This document shows positions 8,025 through 16,542 of a stretch of 32,000 nt of DNA, in pieces; position 1 is the first letter of the stretch; the number at the start of each line of letters is the position of its first letter. The stretch comes from Vibrio alginolyticus NBRC 15630 = ATCC 17749 (lineage in GTDB: Bacteria; Pseudomonadota; Gammaproteobacteria; Enterobacterales; Vibrionaceae): assembly GCF_000354175.2 (NCBI RefSeq), contig NC_022349.1, forward strand, positions 330,001-362,000, in the 5' to 3' direction. Both the position numbers and the translations under genes were made by a program. The notes beneath the pieces are model-generated. The model was given only the letters and a program-made list of their open reading frames with translations, did not search any database and had not been told where the DNA came from.

Positions 8025-8999
8025 TTACTGTTTTGTAACATTTTGTGAGACGAGCTTAAAGGCATGATTGAGTCGCTTCATTTCTTCTTCACTGCCCCTT
8101 GTGTCAGGATGATAAAGCTTTGATAACTGTCTATAGCGTAGCTTGATTGCCTGTAAATCAGGGATGGTTTGTGGTGTGTAGCCAAGCATGGCGCATGCGA
8201 CGCTTAGCTTATGGTTTTCTGCCTGAGTTTTGGATTTCTTAAACTCTCTGAATACTTTCTCTAACTGACGCTTCAGTTGCTTGTTCGTAAACTCTAGCTC
8301 TTTTATTTTTTTCGCCATTCGTTGATTTTGGCTTTCCTCTTTGGCTTCACGCGCTTTTCTATTCTGCTTGAGTTTCTTGATTACGAGAAAACTTAAGCCG
8401 CTGATGATGAGTATCGCCGCTAGCCAGATCAGCCATAAAAACGGCGAGTGTTCTACTTTGGGGTTTGCAACTGTGCTTTTCTCTTCCTGTGCTTGCTCAG
8501 CCTTTTTATCGAGCGACTTTATTTGCGAGACTTGTTTAGCTCGCAGTTGGTTGAAGCGCTGCTCTAACAGTTGATTATAAGCTTGTTCTGCTGCTGGATT
8601 ATGCTGAGAAGCCATTTGATACAAGGCTTCAGTCAATTGAGAAGTTGTGACCTTATCTGGATTGCGCTGAATAAAATCGGCGAGAAGAAAGCCACGATCG
8701 GTTGGGTCATTGAGTGCGATAGAGGTTAGCCAATATAACGCTTGTGTTTCATTTTTTTCGCCATTTATCCCTTTAGCAAAGTCGTTCGCGAGCTGTTTTT
8801 GTGCAGGGAGGTAACCTTGGTTGGCGGATTGCTCTAGCCAGTAGCGCGTTTCTGGTGAGGCTTCAGCTTCGTTTGATGCCAATAATTGTTGTGCGTACTC
8901 GTATTGTTCGACGGGGTCATTTGGAGCTTGAGAGGCAAGTGAGTAGCCAGAAAAACTGAGGCTAAATAAGCAGAGTAGGGCAGACGTTTTGACAGACAT
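8025..8999 (-). CDS. membrane-anchored J-domain protein: signal peptide, Sel1/TPR-like repeats, one TM helix, coiled coil, C-terminal DnaJ (HPD) domain
   Basis: N-terminal signal peptide MSVKTSALLCLFSLSFSGYSLASQ. Sel1-like repeats (YWLEQSANQGYLPAQKQLANDF, ALYWLTSIA). TM helix FLWLIWLAAILIISGLSFLVI followed by KKLKQNRKAREAK. J domain ..LRYRQLSKLYHPDTRGSEEEMKRLNHAFKLV. Confidence 0.8.
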   Translation of the reverse strand: MSVKTSALLCLFSLSFSGYSLASQAPNDPVEQYEYAQQLLASNEAEASPETRYWLEQSANQGYLPAQKQLANDFAKGINGEKNETQALYWLTSIALNDPTDRGFLLADFIQRNPDKVTTSQLTEALYQMASQHNPAAEQAYNQLLEQRFNQLRAKQVSQIKSLDKKAEQAQEEKSTVANPKVEHSPFLWLIWLAAILIISGLSFLVIKKLKQNRKAREAKEESQNQRMAKKIKELEFTNKQLKRQLEKVFREFKKSKTQAENHKLSVACAMLGYTPQTIPDLQAIKLRYRQLSKLYHPDTRGSEEEMKRLNHAFKLVSQNVTKQ

Positions 9000-9007
9000 T
9001 AATATGT

Positions 9008-9034
9008 CAGGCCTAACGATAATGGTTAGGCCTG
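9008..9034 (-). promoter_or_regulatory. 10-bp GC-rich hairpin 8 nt upstream of the J-domain gene start (no U-tract)
   Basis: CAGGCCTAAC (9008-9017) pairs with GTTAGGCCTG (9025-9034) around a 7-nt loop. On the minus-strand mRNA it ends 8 nt before the ATG and contains the only AGG that could serve as SD. A second AT-rich hairpin, CGGTAAT/ATTACCG, lies at 9038-9059. Confidence 0.5.
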
Positions 9035-9075
9035 CTCCGGTAATTTTTTATTATTACCGTTATGGTGCAACCAAA

Positions 9076-9744
9076 TTACTTCAGTGGCAAGATCTGGATT
9101 TCAACACGACGGTTGCACGCACGACCTTCAGAAGTTTGGTTTGAGCAAATTGGGTTACGTTCGCCGTAGCCGCGTGCAATTGCACGACCAGGTGCAACGT
9201 TTTGAGATACTAGGAATTGACGTACGGACTCTGCACGGCGCTCTGACAACTTTTGGTTGTATGACTCACTACCTGTGCTATCCGTGTAACCGTCAATAAC
9301 GAGACTGGTATCTGGGTACTCAACTAGGATGCGAGCAACACCGCGTAGAGTATTATGGATACTAGCATCAAGCTGGTAAGAGCTTGAAGAGAAGCCGATA
9401 CCGTTTTCCATACGCAGTAAAAGCTGATTTTCACCAACACGCTGAACTTGTACGCCAGAGTTTAGCAAAGCGCGACGTAATTCCGCTTCTTGTTGGTCAA
9501 AGTAGTAACCAACGCCAGCGCCAGTCGCTCCGCCTGCGGCTGCACCAATGAGTGCATGCTGACGACGTTCTTTAGCATCATCACCCGTTGCTAGACCGAT
9601 TGCTGCGCCAGCGATCGCACCAATAAGCGCGCCTTGCGTGGTGGAGTTAGTTTCGTATTCACCCGTTGTTGCATTTTGGCGTTGAGTGGCTTGACAGCCA
9701 GTAAGAGCTAGCACTAGAGCTAGTGCAATAGGCATCTTTTTCAA
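9076..9744 (-). CDS. yiaD: OmpA-family lipoprotein (glycine-zipper + OmpA_C peptidoglycan-binding domain), YiaD-like
   Basis: ORF 9076-9921, but the real N-terminus is (M)KKMPIALALVLALTGC (lipobox LTGC). Start is TTG 9744 with GGAG 8 nt upstream, or ATG 9735. Gly-zipper GALIGAIAGAAIGLATG. OmpA_C motifs YTDSTGSESYNQKLSERRAESV and NRRVEI. Collinear with E. coli YiaD as I remember it. Confidence 0.85.
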   Translation of the reverse strand: MKKMPIALALVLALTGCQATQRQNATTGEYETNSTTQGALIGAIAGAAIGLATGDDAKERRQHALIGAAAGGATGAGVGYYFDQQEAELRRALLNSGVQVQRVGENQLLLRMENGIGFSSSSYQLDASIHNTLRGVARILVEYPDTSLVIDGYTDSTGSESYNQKLSERRAESVRQFLVSQNVAPGRAIARGYGERNPICSNQTSEGRACNRRVEIQILPLK

Positions 9745-10051
9745 GGGAAAATCTCCGTATAAAACTGAGGCGAAACCATGCCTCATAATGGGATGCGAAT
9801 TATGAATAAACAAGCATTGATATTTGTTATGAGAAAGTAAGATTGATAAGAGTTTCTGTAAGAAAATTCCTATCAATACTGCTAAAGCTCTCAAAGTAAG
9901 CCCCATCGACATCGAAGTCATTGCTGCTTATGTGAATCCTTTACTATTCTGGCTATTTCGATGAATCGCCCAACATTTTGCGTGCTTGTTCGCCGCCCAC
10001 TCCACGGTTAACTGAAACCTTTCTACCTTTCTTTAAGCCCACTTCGTAGTC

Positions 10052-10648
10052 TTAAGTTAGGTTTTTCATCGCTTCTTTCAATTGCTTCTTGAACGTTTCG
10101 CGGTCAATGTTTTGGAATTCTTTATCAATATAGTCATTAATTTTATTGGCCGACTCTTCATCTGGAGAAATAATTGGCAATTTTTCAATCGCGCCTTCCA
10201 CCCAGCCAGATACAAATGAGTTCACACGGCGAGTCACTTCCTGAGAAGAGGTGCCGGTGCCAGCAAAGCTGTTTCGGAATTGTCCGGTACTTTCGTTCAT
10301 CTCGCGATAAACAATATCGAAAGCAAATGCAGCAAAAATAGCGCGATCTGCTTCACCGATAAATTCGACACGTTTGAGCCCTTTGTGATTCAACAATACT
10401 GCTTCGACACCGAATTTTGTGTTAATGCCGCGAATCACTCGCAATATGGTAGAACTGATGTTCGCTGGTAGCAGATGAGAAGATTGTGTTTTTCCCATTC
10501 TGATGAACTCAATATCGTCTTTATCGAGACCATATTTAAGCATGAGGCGATGTGCCATTTTGATAGCATTGGCAGCCTCATTAACATTAGCGGAATTGCC
10601 CAGTTCTAAGCACTTGGCGATTTTTTTCAGAGCTTTTTGTTTATCCAT
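10052..10648 (-). CDS. DUF2786-like protein (198 aa)
   Basis: ORF 10052-10654; ATG 10648 (MDKQKALKKIAKCLELGNSANVNEAANAIKMAHRLMLKYGL). The N-terminal helix pair is the pattern I associate with Pfam DUF2786, which is common in phage and plasmid genes. The assignment is from memory. Confidence 0.6.
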   Translation of the reverse strand: MDKQKALKKIAKCLELGNSANVNEAANAIKMAHRLMLKYGLDKDDIEFIRMGKTQSSHLLPANISSTILRVIRGINTKFGVEAVLLNHKGLKRVEFIGEADRAIFAAFAFDIVYREMNESTGQFRNSFAGTGTSSQEVTRRVNSFVSGWVEGAIEKLPIISPDEESANKINDYIDKEFQNIDRETFKKQLKEAMKNLT

Positions 10649-10751
10649 CGACAACCAGTAACGAAAGCAGAAAATTTATGAAGTCAGACATATTACCTTT
10701 TTTGACATAAAAACGAAATACAAGGTGGGACTGAAGATAATTTCTGCACAT

Positions 10752-10782
10752 AAAAAGAAGCCTCGCATTAAGCGAGGCTGGC
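10752..10782 (-). terminator. rho-independent terminator after the CheX-like gene
   Basis: Stem GCCTCGC/GCGAGGC (10760-10766 / 10772-10778), loop ATTAA. The minus strand continues TTCTTTTTAT. Confidence 0.75.
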
Positions 10783-10856
10783 GTTTTAGTTCGTCGTAAT
10801 CAGTATGAAGCCGTACTTGTGTCTAAGAAGCCATTCTTCATTAAGATTCGTTAGAA

Positions 10857-11537
10857 TTACAACCCGAGCTGGTTGAGCAAGTCATCGGCATCATCGTTTG
10901 ATCCCGACGATTTAGATTCTTTCTCAGCCAACTGTTTACGTGTTGCCTCTAAAATGTCGTCTGGGTTTTCGTCTTCAGCAACTTCAAACTCTTCCAGTTG
11001 GATGAACTCAGTTTTATCCATTGCTAGTTCGAGATAGAAAATATTGTTGTTTTCGGTGGAGAACGTCACTCTGCGCGCTTGAGGGCGGTCAAGGTTGGTA
11101 TCAACTTGTAAGATAACTTGCTTATTCAACGCCAGCATTTTTGGTTGGTTTTGTGTGATGTTCGTTTGCAGGTCTTTACGAATTTTATTAGTGAAGTCTC
11201 CGACCAGTTGATTCATGAGTTCACCCAGAACATCGCCTACCTCGTCAGAAGTATGAGATATTGCCAGTTCTTCTTCTGGCATGCCCATATTACGCATGTA
11301 GTTGGTGTAGATCTCCAGTGCGGCTTTTGCCGTAAAATTAATCACAACTAGCCCGGTAAATCCGCCATCAAACAGAACAAAACAGCCAAAATCTGGTTTG
11401 AGGCTAGTCTTGTGGATTTTTTGCACCATTGCTGAATAATTTACTTGAGAAGATGTCGCCGAAGTAAGTACGCCAGAAACAGACTGGCAAAGTTTGAGAA
11501 GGATATCTTCAGTGGTCACAATTTTATTTTTTTTCAT
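10857..11537 (-). CDS. CheX/CheC-family (CheY-P phosphatase-like) protein with acidic C-terminal tail
   Basis: Residues 102-132 read D-VLG-E-LM-N-(22 aa)-P. This is an exact fit to the CheC/CheX/FliY active-site consensus D/S-X3-E-X2-N-X22-P, and a single copy is the CheX arrangement. The C-terminus is acidic (EEFEVAEDENPDD..SNDDADDLLNQLGL). Confidence 0.7.
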   Translation of the reverse strand: MKKNKIVTTEDILLKLCQSVSGVLTSATSSQVNYSAMVQKIHKTSLKPDFGCFVLFDGGFTGLVVINFTAKAALEIYTNYMRNMGMPEEELAISHTSDEVGDVLGELMNQLVGDFTNKIRKDLQTNITQNQPKMLALNKQVILQVDTNLDRPQARRVTFSTENNNIFYLELAMDKTEFIQLEEFEVAEDENPDDILEATRKQLAEKESKSSGSNDDADDLLNQLGL

Positions 11538-11800
11538 TCTGAAAACTCATCTAGAAACGCGATTCGTTCCCCAATGTAAGGCATCAAGCGTGAAAAAATA
11601 AAGCATAAGTTTAATTATTGTATCGAGATTCTGATTTGCTCGTCTTTTTAAATGTTGTAAAGTGACGAAATTCAAAGAATATTACTTCACTAACTCTTTT
11701 GTGGTGTTTTGTTTCGCTTAGCGCCAATTTGTATGAGAAGTGAGCAAATAATTACACAACCCGCAGCTGATCGGATCAGCGTCGTAGGGGCAGGAAGCAA

Positions 11801-14800
11801 ATGTTACCAAGATTACACTCGCAAACTGATGTCGATCCTCTTGTTCTTAGTTTTCTGAAAGAGCTTGAGCACGCCGGATTCACTGGTGATATCGAAAGCC
11901 AATATTCAAGCCGACTAGCGGTTGCCACTGACAACAGTGTTTACCAGCAACTTCCTCAGTCTGTCGTTCATCCCAAAACGACAGAAGATGTTTCTCTCCT
12001 CGGTAAACTGAGCAATAAAGAAAAGTACGAACGAATTACCTTTTCACCTCGTGGCGGCGGCACAGGGACCAATGGTCAGTCGCTAACCAAAGGTATTGTG
12101 GTGGATATGTCTCGTCACATGAACAAAGTGCTTGAGATTAATGAGAAAGAAGGCTGGGTTCGTGTACAAACTGGTGTAGTGAAAGACCAGTTAAATGACG
12201 CTGTTCGCCCTTATGGCTACTTCTTCTCTCCAGACTTATCTACCAGTAACCGTGCAACGATTGGCGGCATGGTCAACACCGATGCTTCTGGTCAAGGTTC
12301 TCTGAAATACGGAAAAACATCCGATCATGTTTTGTCGCTACAAGCGGTGTTTGCTGATGGTTCAATTTTAGAGTCGGACTTGTCTCATGGTTACCCAAAA
12401 GAAGGCGAGTTTGCTGCCAAGGCGCTACGTGTAACGGAATCCGTATGTCGTGAAAAACGCCAGCAGATCGTAGATAAGTTTCCTCCTCTTAACCGATTTT
12501 TAACGGGCTACGATTTAAAAAATGCCTTGAATGAAGAAGGTGACCGTTTCGATATCACACGAGTACTGTGCGGCGCTGAAGGTTCATTGGCATTCATTAC
12601 CGAAGCGAAGCTTAACCTGACGCCAATTCCGAAAGCGCGTACGTTGGTTAACGTTAAATACAACAGCTTTGATTCTGCACTGCGTAATGCACCGTTTATG
12701 GTAGAAGCGAAGGCGCTGTCTGTAGAAACCGTTGACTCAAAAGTGCTTAATCTCGCGAAGCAAGATATCGTTTGGCACACCGTGAGCGATTTACTTACCG
12801 ATGTTCCAAATAAAGAGATGCTTGGTATCAATATGGTGGAATACGCAGGTCAGGACGAAGAGGAAGTTGCTGCTCAGGTTGCAGCATTGACCGCCAAGCT
12901 CGATACCATGTTGGAAACAGAAGAAGCGGGCATTATCGGCTACCAAGTTTGTAACGATGTAGCGAGCATTGGGCGTATTTACAACATGCGTAAAAAAGCG
13001 GTGGGTTTGTTAGGCGCAGCAAAAGGTCGTGCTAAACCGGTCGCATTCGCTGAAGATACCTGTGTGCCACCAGAAAACCTGGCGGACTTCATTGTAGAGT
13101 TTCGAGAACTGTTAGACAGCAAGTCTCTGAATTACGGCATGTTTGGTCACGTCGATGCTGGGGTGCTTCACGTACGTCCTGCGTTGGATTTGTGTGACCC
13201 GCACCAAGAAGCATTGATGCACGAAGTTTCTGATGAAGTGGTCAAGCTGGTGGCGAAATACGGTGGTTTGATGTGGGGTGAACACGGCAAAGGTTTCCGT
13301 TCAGAATATGGCCCTGAGTTTTTCGGCGACGAGTTGTTTACTGAACTGAGACGTGTGAAAGCGGCATTCGATCCACACAACAAAATGAACCCGGGCAAAA
13401 TCTGTACACCGCTGGATAGTGATGCAGAGCTTGTCAAAGTTACCGATACCAAACGTGGTTACTATGACCGTCAGATTGACGTTCAAGTACGTGACAGCTT
13501 TAAACAAGCGATGGAATGTAACGGTAACGGTTTGTGTTTTAACTACGATACTAGCTCGCCAATGTGTCCATCGATGAAAGTAACAGCCGATCGTCGTCAT
13601 TCACCGAAAGGTCGTGCGGGTTTGGTTCGCGAGTGGTTGCGTCAGCTCACTGAACAAGGCATTGATATCCTTGACTTAGAAAAGCAAACACTAGAAAACA
13701 AAACATCAATCAAAACCATGATTGACCGCGTACGTCATTCTATCAATCGTCGTCACGAGTATGACTTCTCTCACGAAGTGTATGAAGCGATGAATGGTTG
13801 TTTGGCGTGTAAAGCGTGTGCGAGTCAGTGTCCGATTAAAGTCGATGTTCCGAGCTTTCGCTCGCGCTTTTTAAACATCTATCACTCTCGTTACCAACGT
13901 CCTGCAAAAGACTATCTGGTTGCCAACATTGAGACTATGCTGCCGATGATGGCGAAAGCGCCAGGTGTCGTAAATGGTGTTTTGAAGCAGTCGTGGGTGA
14001 AAAGTTTAACGGCATCTACGGTCGGGTATGTCGATGCGCCGTTGTTATCAGTACCCACCTTGAAACAACGAGTAGAGTCGCTGACAACGCCTTATGATCT
14101 GCAAGCGCTCAGTGGTTTGTCTTCGTCTGAAAAGAGCAAGCATGTTTTAATTGTTCAAGACCCATTCACTAGCTACTACGACGCTGATGTCGTTGAAGAC
14201 TTCGTTAAGTTATTGAAAAAGCTGGGTATGCATCCGGTACTTCTGCCGTTTAAGCCGAATGGTAAAGCACAACACATTAAAGGGTTTTTACGTCAGTTTA
14301 AGGACACAGCAGCCGACACAGCGAAGTTCTTGGCGATGGTAGCGGATTTGGATATCCCATTAGTTGGCGTCGATCCTGCTTTGGTGCTGTGTTATCGAGA
14401 TGAATACGCTGAAGTGCTTGGCAGTAAGCGAGGTAATTTCGATGTACTAACAGCCCACGAATGGCTTTACCCAAGACTAGAAGCGTTTGAAAGCGGAGAG
14501 CATAAGGCGCAGGAACCTTGGTATCTGTTTGCGCACTGTACTGAAAAAACCAAAATGCCCAATGCGGAAAAAGAGTGGGGCGCTATTTTTGCTCACTTTG
14601 GTGCAGTTTTGAATACGGTACCTGTTGGTTGTTGTGGTATGGCGGGTACGTTTGGTCATGAGGTTGATAAGTTGTCGATGTCGAAAGACATTTACAATTT
14701 AAGCTGGAAGCCGAGCTTAGATAAGTTGGATAACGAGAGATGTTTGATTACAGGCTATTCTTGCCGCAGCCAAGTTAAACGCTTTGAAGGAACGAAGCCC

Positions 14801-14836
14801 AAGCATCCCGTTCAGGCATTGTTAACTTTGTTGTAA
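11801..14836 (+). CDS. ydiJ: FAD-binding / 4Fe-4S-cluster oxidoreductase, YdiJ family (1011 aa)
   Basis: N-terminal FAD-binding PCMH domain (PRGGGTGTNGQS). Central CxxCxxCxxxCP ferredoxin motif (CLACKACASQCP). C-terminal cysteine-rich CCG-like region. Size and architecture match E. coli YdiJ. Confidence 0.88.
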   Translation: MLPRLHSQTDVDPLVLSFLKELEHAGFTGDIESQYSSRLAVATDNSVYQQLPQSVVHPKTTEDVSLLGKLSNKEKYERITFSPRGGGTGTNGQSLTKGIVVDMSRHMNKVLEINEKEGWVRVQTGVVKDQLNDAVRPYGYFFSPDLSTSNRATIGGMVNTDASGQGSLKYGKTSDHVLSLQAVFADGSILESDLSHGYPKEGEFAAKALRVTESVCREKRQQIVDKFPPLNRFLTGYDLKNALNEEGDRFDITRVLCGAEGSLAFITEAKLNLTPIPKARTLVNVKYNSFDSALRNAPFMVEAKALSVETVDSKVLNLAKQDIVWHTVSDLLTDVPNKEMLGINMVEYAGQDEEEVAAQVAALTAKLDTMLETEEAGIIGYQVCNDVASIGRIYNMRKKAVGLLGAAKGRAKPVAFAEDTCVPPENLADFIVEFRELLDSKSLNYGMFGHVDAGVLHVRPALDLCDPHQEALMHEVSDEVVKLVAKYGGLMWGEHGKGFRSEYGPEFFGDELFTELRRVKAAFDPHNKMNPGKICTPLDSDAELVKVTDTKRGYYDRQIDVQVRDSFKQAMECNGNGLCFNYDTSSPMCPSMKVTADRRHSPKGRAGLVREWLRQLTEQGIDILDLEKQTLENKTSIKTMIDRVRHSINRRHEYDFSHEVYEAMNGCLACKACASQCPIKVDVPSFRSRFLNIYHSRYQRPAKDYLVANIETMLPMMAKAPGVVNGVLKQSWVKSLTASTVGYVDAPLLSVPTLKQRVESLTTPYDLQALSGLSSSEKSKHVLIVQDPFTSYYDADVVEDFVKLLKKLGMHPVLLPFKPNGKAQHIKGFLRQFKDTAADTAKFLAMVADLDIPLVGVDPALVLCYRDEYAEVLGSKRGNFDVLTAHEWLYPRLEAFESGEHKAQEPWYLFAHCTEKTKMPNAEKEWGAIFAHFGAVLNTVPVGCCGMAGTFGHEVDKLSMSKDIYNLSWKPSLDKLDNERCLITGYSCRSQVKRFEGTKPKHPVQALLTLL

Positions 14837-14848
14837 TCGGACTAGATC

Positions 14849-14873
14849 AAGCCCAGTTTTACTGGGCTTTTTA
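14849..14873 (+). terminator. rho-independent terminator after ydiJ
   Basis: AAGCCCAG / CTGGGCTT stem with a TTTTA loop, followed by TTTT. Confidence 0.8.
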
Positions 14874-14909
14874 GAAACCGTATTTAGACCCTTTCAAAGG
14901 ATATGAATC

Positions 14910-15371
14910 TTGAGAAAACTTGAACTCAAAGTCCCACCTGTTGTGGTGTTTTTGCTAGTCATACTTTTGATGTACGGACTTAAAGTTTTGACGCCGAGCA
15001 TGAACATTCGAGTACCCTTTGTTGAATTTGTAGTAGGTGTATTAACTTTGTTGTCTGGCTACATGGGCATTGCTGGCGTGTATGAATTTCGCAAAGTAAA
15101 AACCACAGTAAACCCAGTAAAACCTGAAGCGGCATCTTCTGTTGTAAGAACAGGTGTGTTTGCCTTTTCACGCAACCCTATGTACACGGCATTATTGCTT
15201 CTAATCATAGCAACTGGTTTGTGGTGGCAGCACTTGAGTGTGGTGCTTTGTGGCGTGATATTTGTCAGTTATATGAATCGGTTTCAAATCAAGCCTGAGG
15301 AACGCGTTTTAGAGCGATTGTTTGGTGAAGAGTATGTGGATTATAAAAACCATGTTCGTCGTTGGCTCTAA
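14910..15371 (+). CDS. membrane methyltransferase-family protein (isoprenylcysteine carboxyl methyltransferase / PEMT-like)
   Basis: Four predicted hydrophobic helices, an RNPMY motif and a C-terminal ..EEYVDYKNHVRRWL typical of the ICMT/PEMT superfamily. Start is TTG 14910 with AAGGA 8 nt upstream, and is uncertain. Confidence 0.65.
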   Translation: MRKLELKVPPVVVFLLVILLMYGLKVLTPSMNIRVPFVEFVVGVLTLLSGYMGIAGVYEFRKVKTTVNPVKPEAASSVVRTGVFAFSRNPMYTALLLLIIATGLWWQHLSVVLCGVIFVSYMNRFQIKPEERVLERLFGEEYVDYKNHVRRWL

Positions 15372-15403
15372 GCATTGCGTTTAGTTTTGTTTGGATGAGA
15401 CAT

Positions 15404-15441
15404 AAAAAGAAAGCCCAACGGTCGACGTTGGGCTTTCTTTT
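15404..15441. terminator. bidirectional rho-independent terminator between convergent genes
   Basis: 12-bp stem GAAAGCCCAACG/CGTTGGGCTTTC (15409-15420 / 15426-15437) with an A-run before and a T-run after. Confidence 0.85.
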
Positions 15442-15481
15442 AGTAAACACTTTTTTTGTGCGCTTCTGATAGGGCAGTCGA

Positions 15482-16207
15482 CTAGGCTGCCTTAACGAAC
15501 TTTGCTAGGAATGCATCCTTACGTTCATTAAAGCGGCGTACAAGGTCGTCAACCGCTTCTTGGTCATATGGCTTCAAGCCACTTGCAACCATGCGCTTAA
15601 TACCTTTACCAACGACTTCACCGTCTTCTTTAAACGCAAAGTTTAAGGTGACTACACCTCGTTTTCCTTCTACGTCGAATGTTGCGCCAGTGAAATCCAC
15701 CTCTGGATGCGTAAGGTCTAAGCGTGAAAATTCGACTTCCATGCTTTCATAAATAACTAATGGACGCTGGCAGTTAATCATCATTTGCTTCTCTTCCATA
15801 AGAGGAACCATGATGTGAGGGAAGTTCATACCAGAAAATTGCACGTAATTTGTCACTACATGCTCAATAAATGCCGGATCGTGGTTAGTTTCACCTTCAC
15901 GGGACATGTGTAAGTATTCTTTACCTGCCTCGTCAACAACAGCGCTTTCTTTGTCACACTTATTTTCAATATGAAGTGCTACACCATCGTTTACCATGCC
16001 AGAGAAGTTAAAACGCATCTTTTGGCTAACGCCTTCTTTACTAAGAAGCACAGCGAAAAGTAAATCTCCAGGGACACAAAAGCGTTTGTTGTCTTCATCA
16101 TGAATTGGGTTGTAGTCACCTGCGACACGTTTTGCAAAGTGGCTTGCTTGTTCGCGAGTGAACTGAAACTGGTGATTAGTGTTTGAAAAATAAGGTGTTA
16201 GAAACAT
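15482..16207 (-). CDS. hot-dog-fold (MaoC-like motif) protein, DUF3581-like, 241 aa
   Basis: ORF 15482-16288; ATG 16207 (MFLTPYFSNTNHQFQFTREQASHFAKRVAGDYNPIHDED). GDYNPIH is the MaoC/hydratase-type motif. The family name is from memory. Confidence 0.6.
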   Translation of the reverse strand: MFLTPYFSNTNHQFQFTREQASHFAKRVAGDYNPIHDEDNKRFCVPGDLLFAVLLSKEGVSQKMRFNFSGMVNDGVALHIENKCDKESAVVDEAGKEYLHMSREGETNHDPAFIEHVVTNYVQFSGMNFPHIMVPLMEEKQMMINCQRPLVIYESMEVEFSRLDLTHPEVDFTGATFDVEGKRGVVTLNFAFKEDGEVVGKGIKRMVASGLKPYDQEAVDDLVRRFNERKDAFLAKFVKAA

Positions 16208-16467
16208 AATTTTTACGTAGTAACCAAAACTGTGTGGGATTATATGCGAATATCTGCGTAGCAATGGTCCATCCAGTGAAAACTTCACCGTATCCTAACA
16301 ATAAGACACTATTTCGGCGGATAAACCGTTAAAAACGCATACTTTAGCAACGCTTTTATTTGTGAAAACAATAAACAACGACCTTTTCGCTCGCCTATCT
16401 TTTAAAGTATAGCCATCAAAGTAGACAGGCGTTCATAAATAGTGCCATCAACATGTTTAATCGTATG

Positions 16468-16498
16468 TAAAAAGGCTCCACGCTGAACGTAGAGCCTT
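16468..16498 (-). terminator. rho-independent terminator after hutH
   Basis: Minus strand reads AAGGCTC-13 nt loop-GAGCCTT followed by TTTAC. Confidence 0.65.
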
Positions 16499-16542
16499 CA
16501 AGTCATTATCTGTTTATTCGATGAAATGCCAGTTATGCTTGG

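Noticed and set aside
11514-11537. A8 tract at the 5' end of the CheX-like gene (ATGAAAAAAAATAAA) as a slipped-strand phase-variation switch.
   Set aside because: Lys-rich N-termini encoded by short A-runs are common in AT-leaning genomes. Eight A is below the lengths usually associated with phase variation, and no alternative frame is evident.
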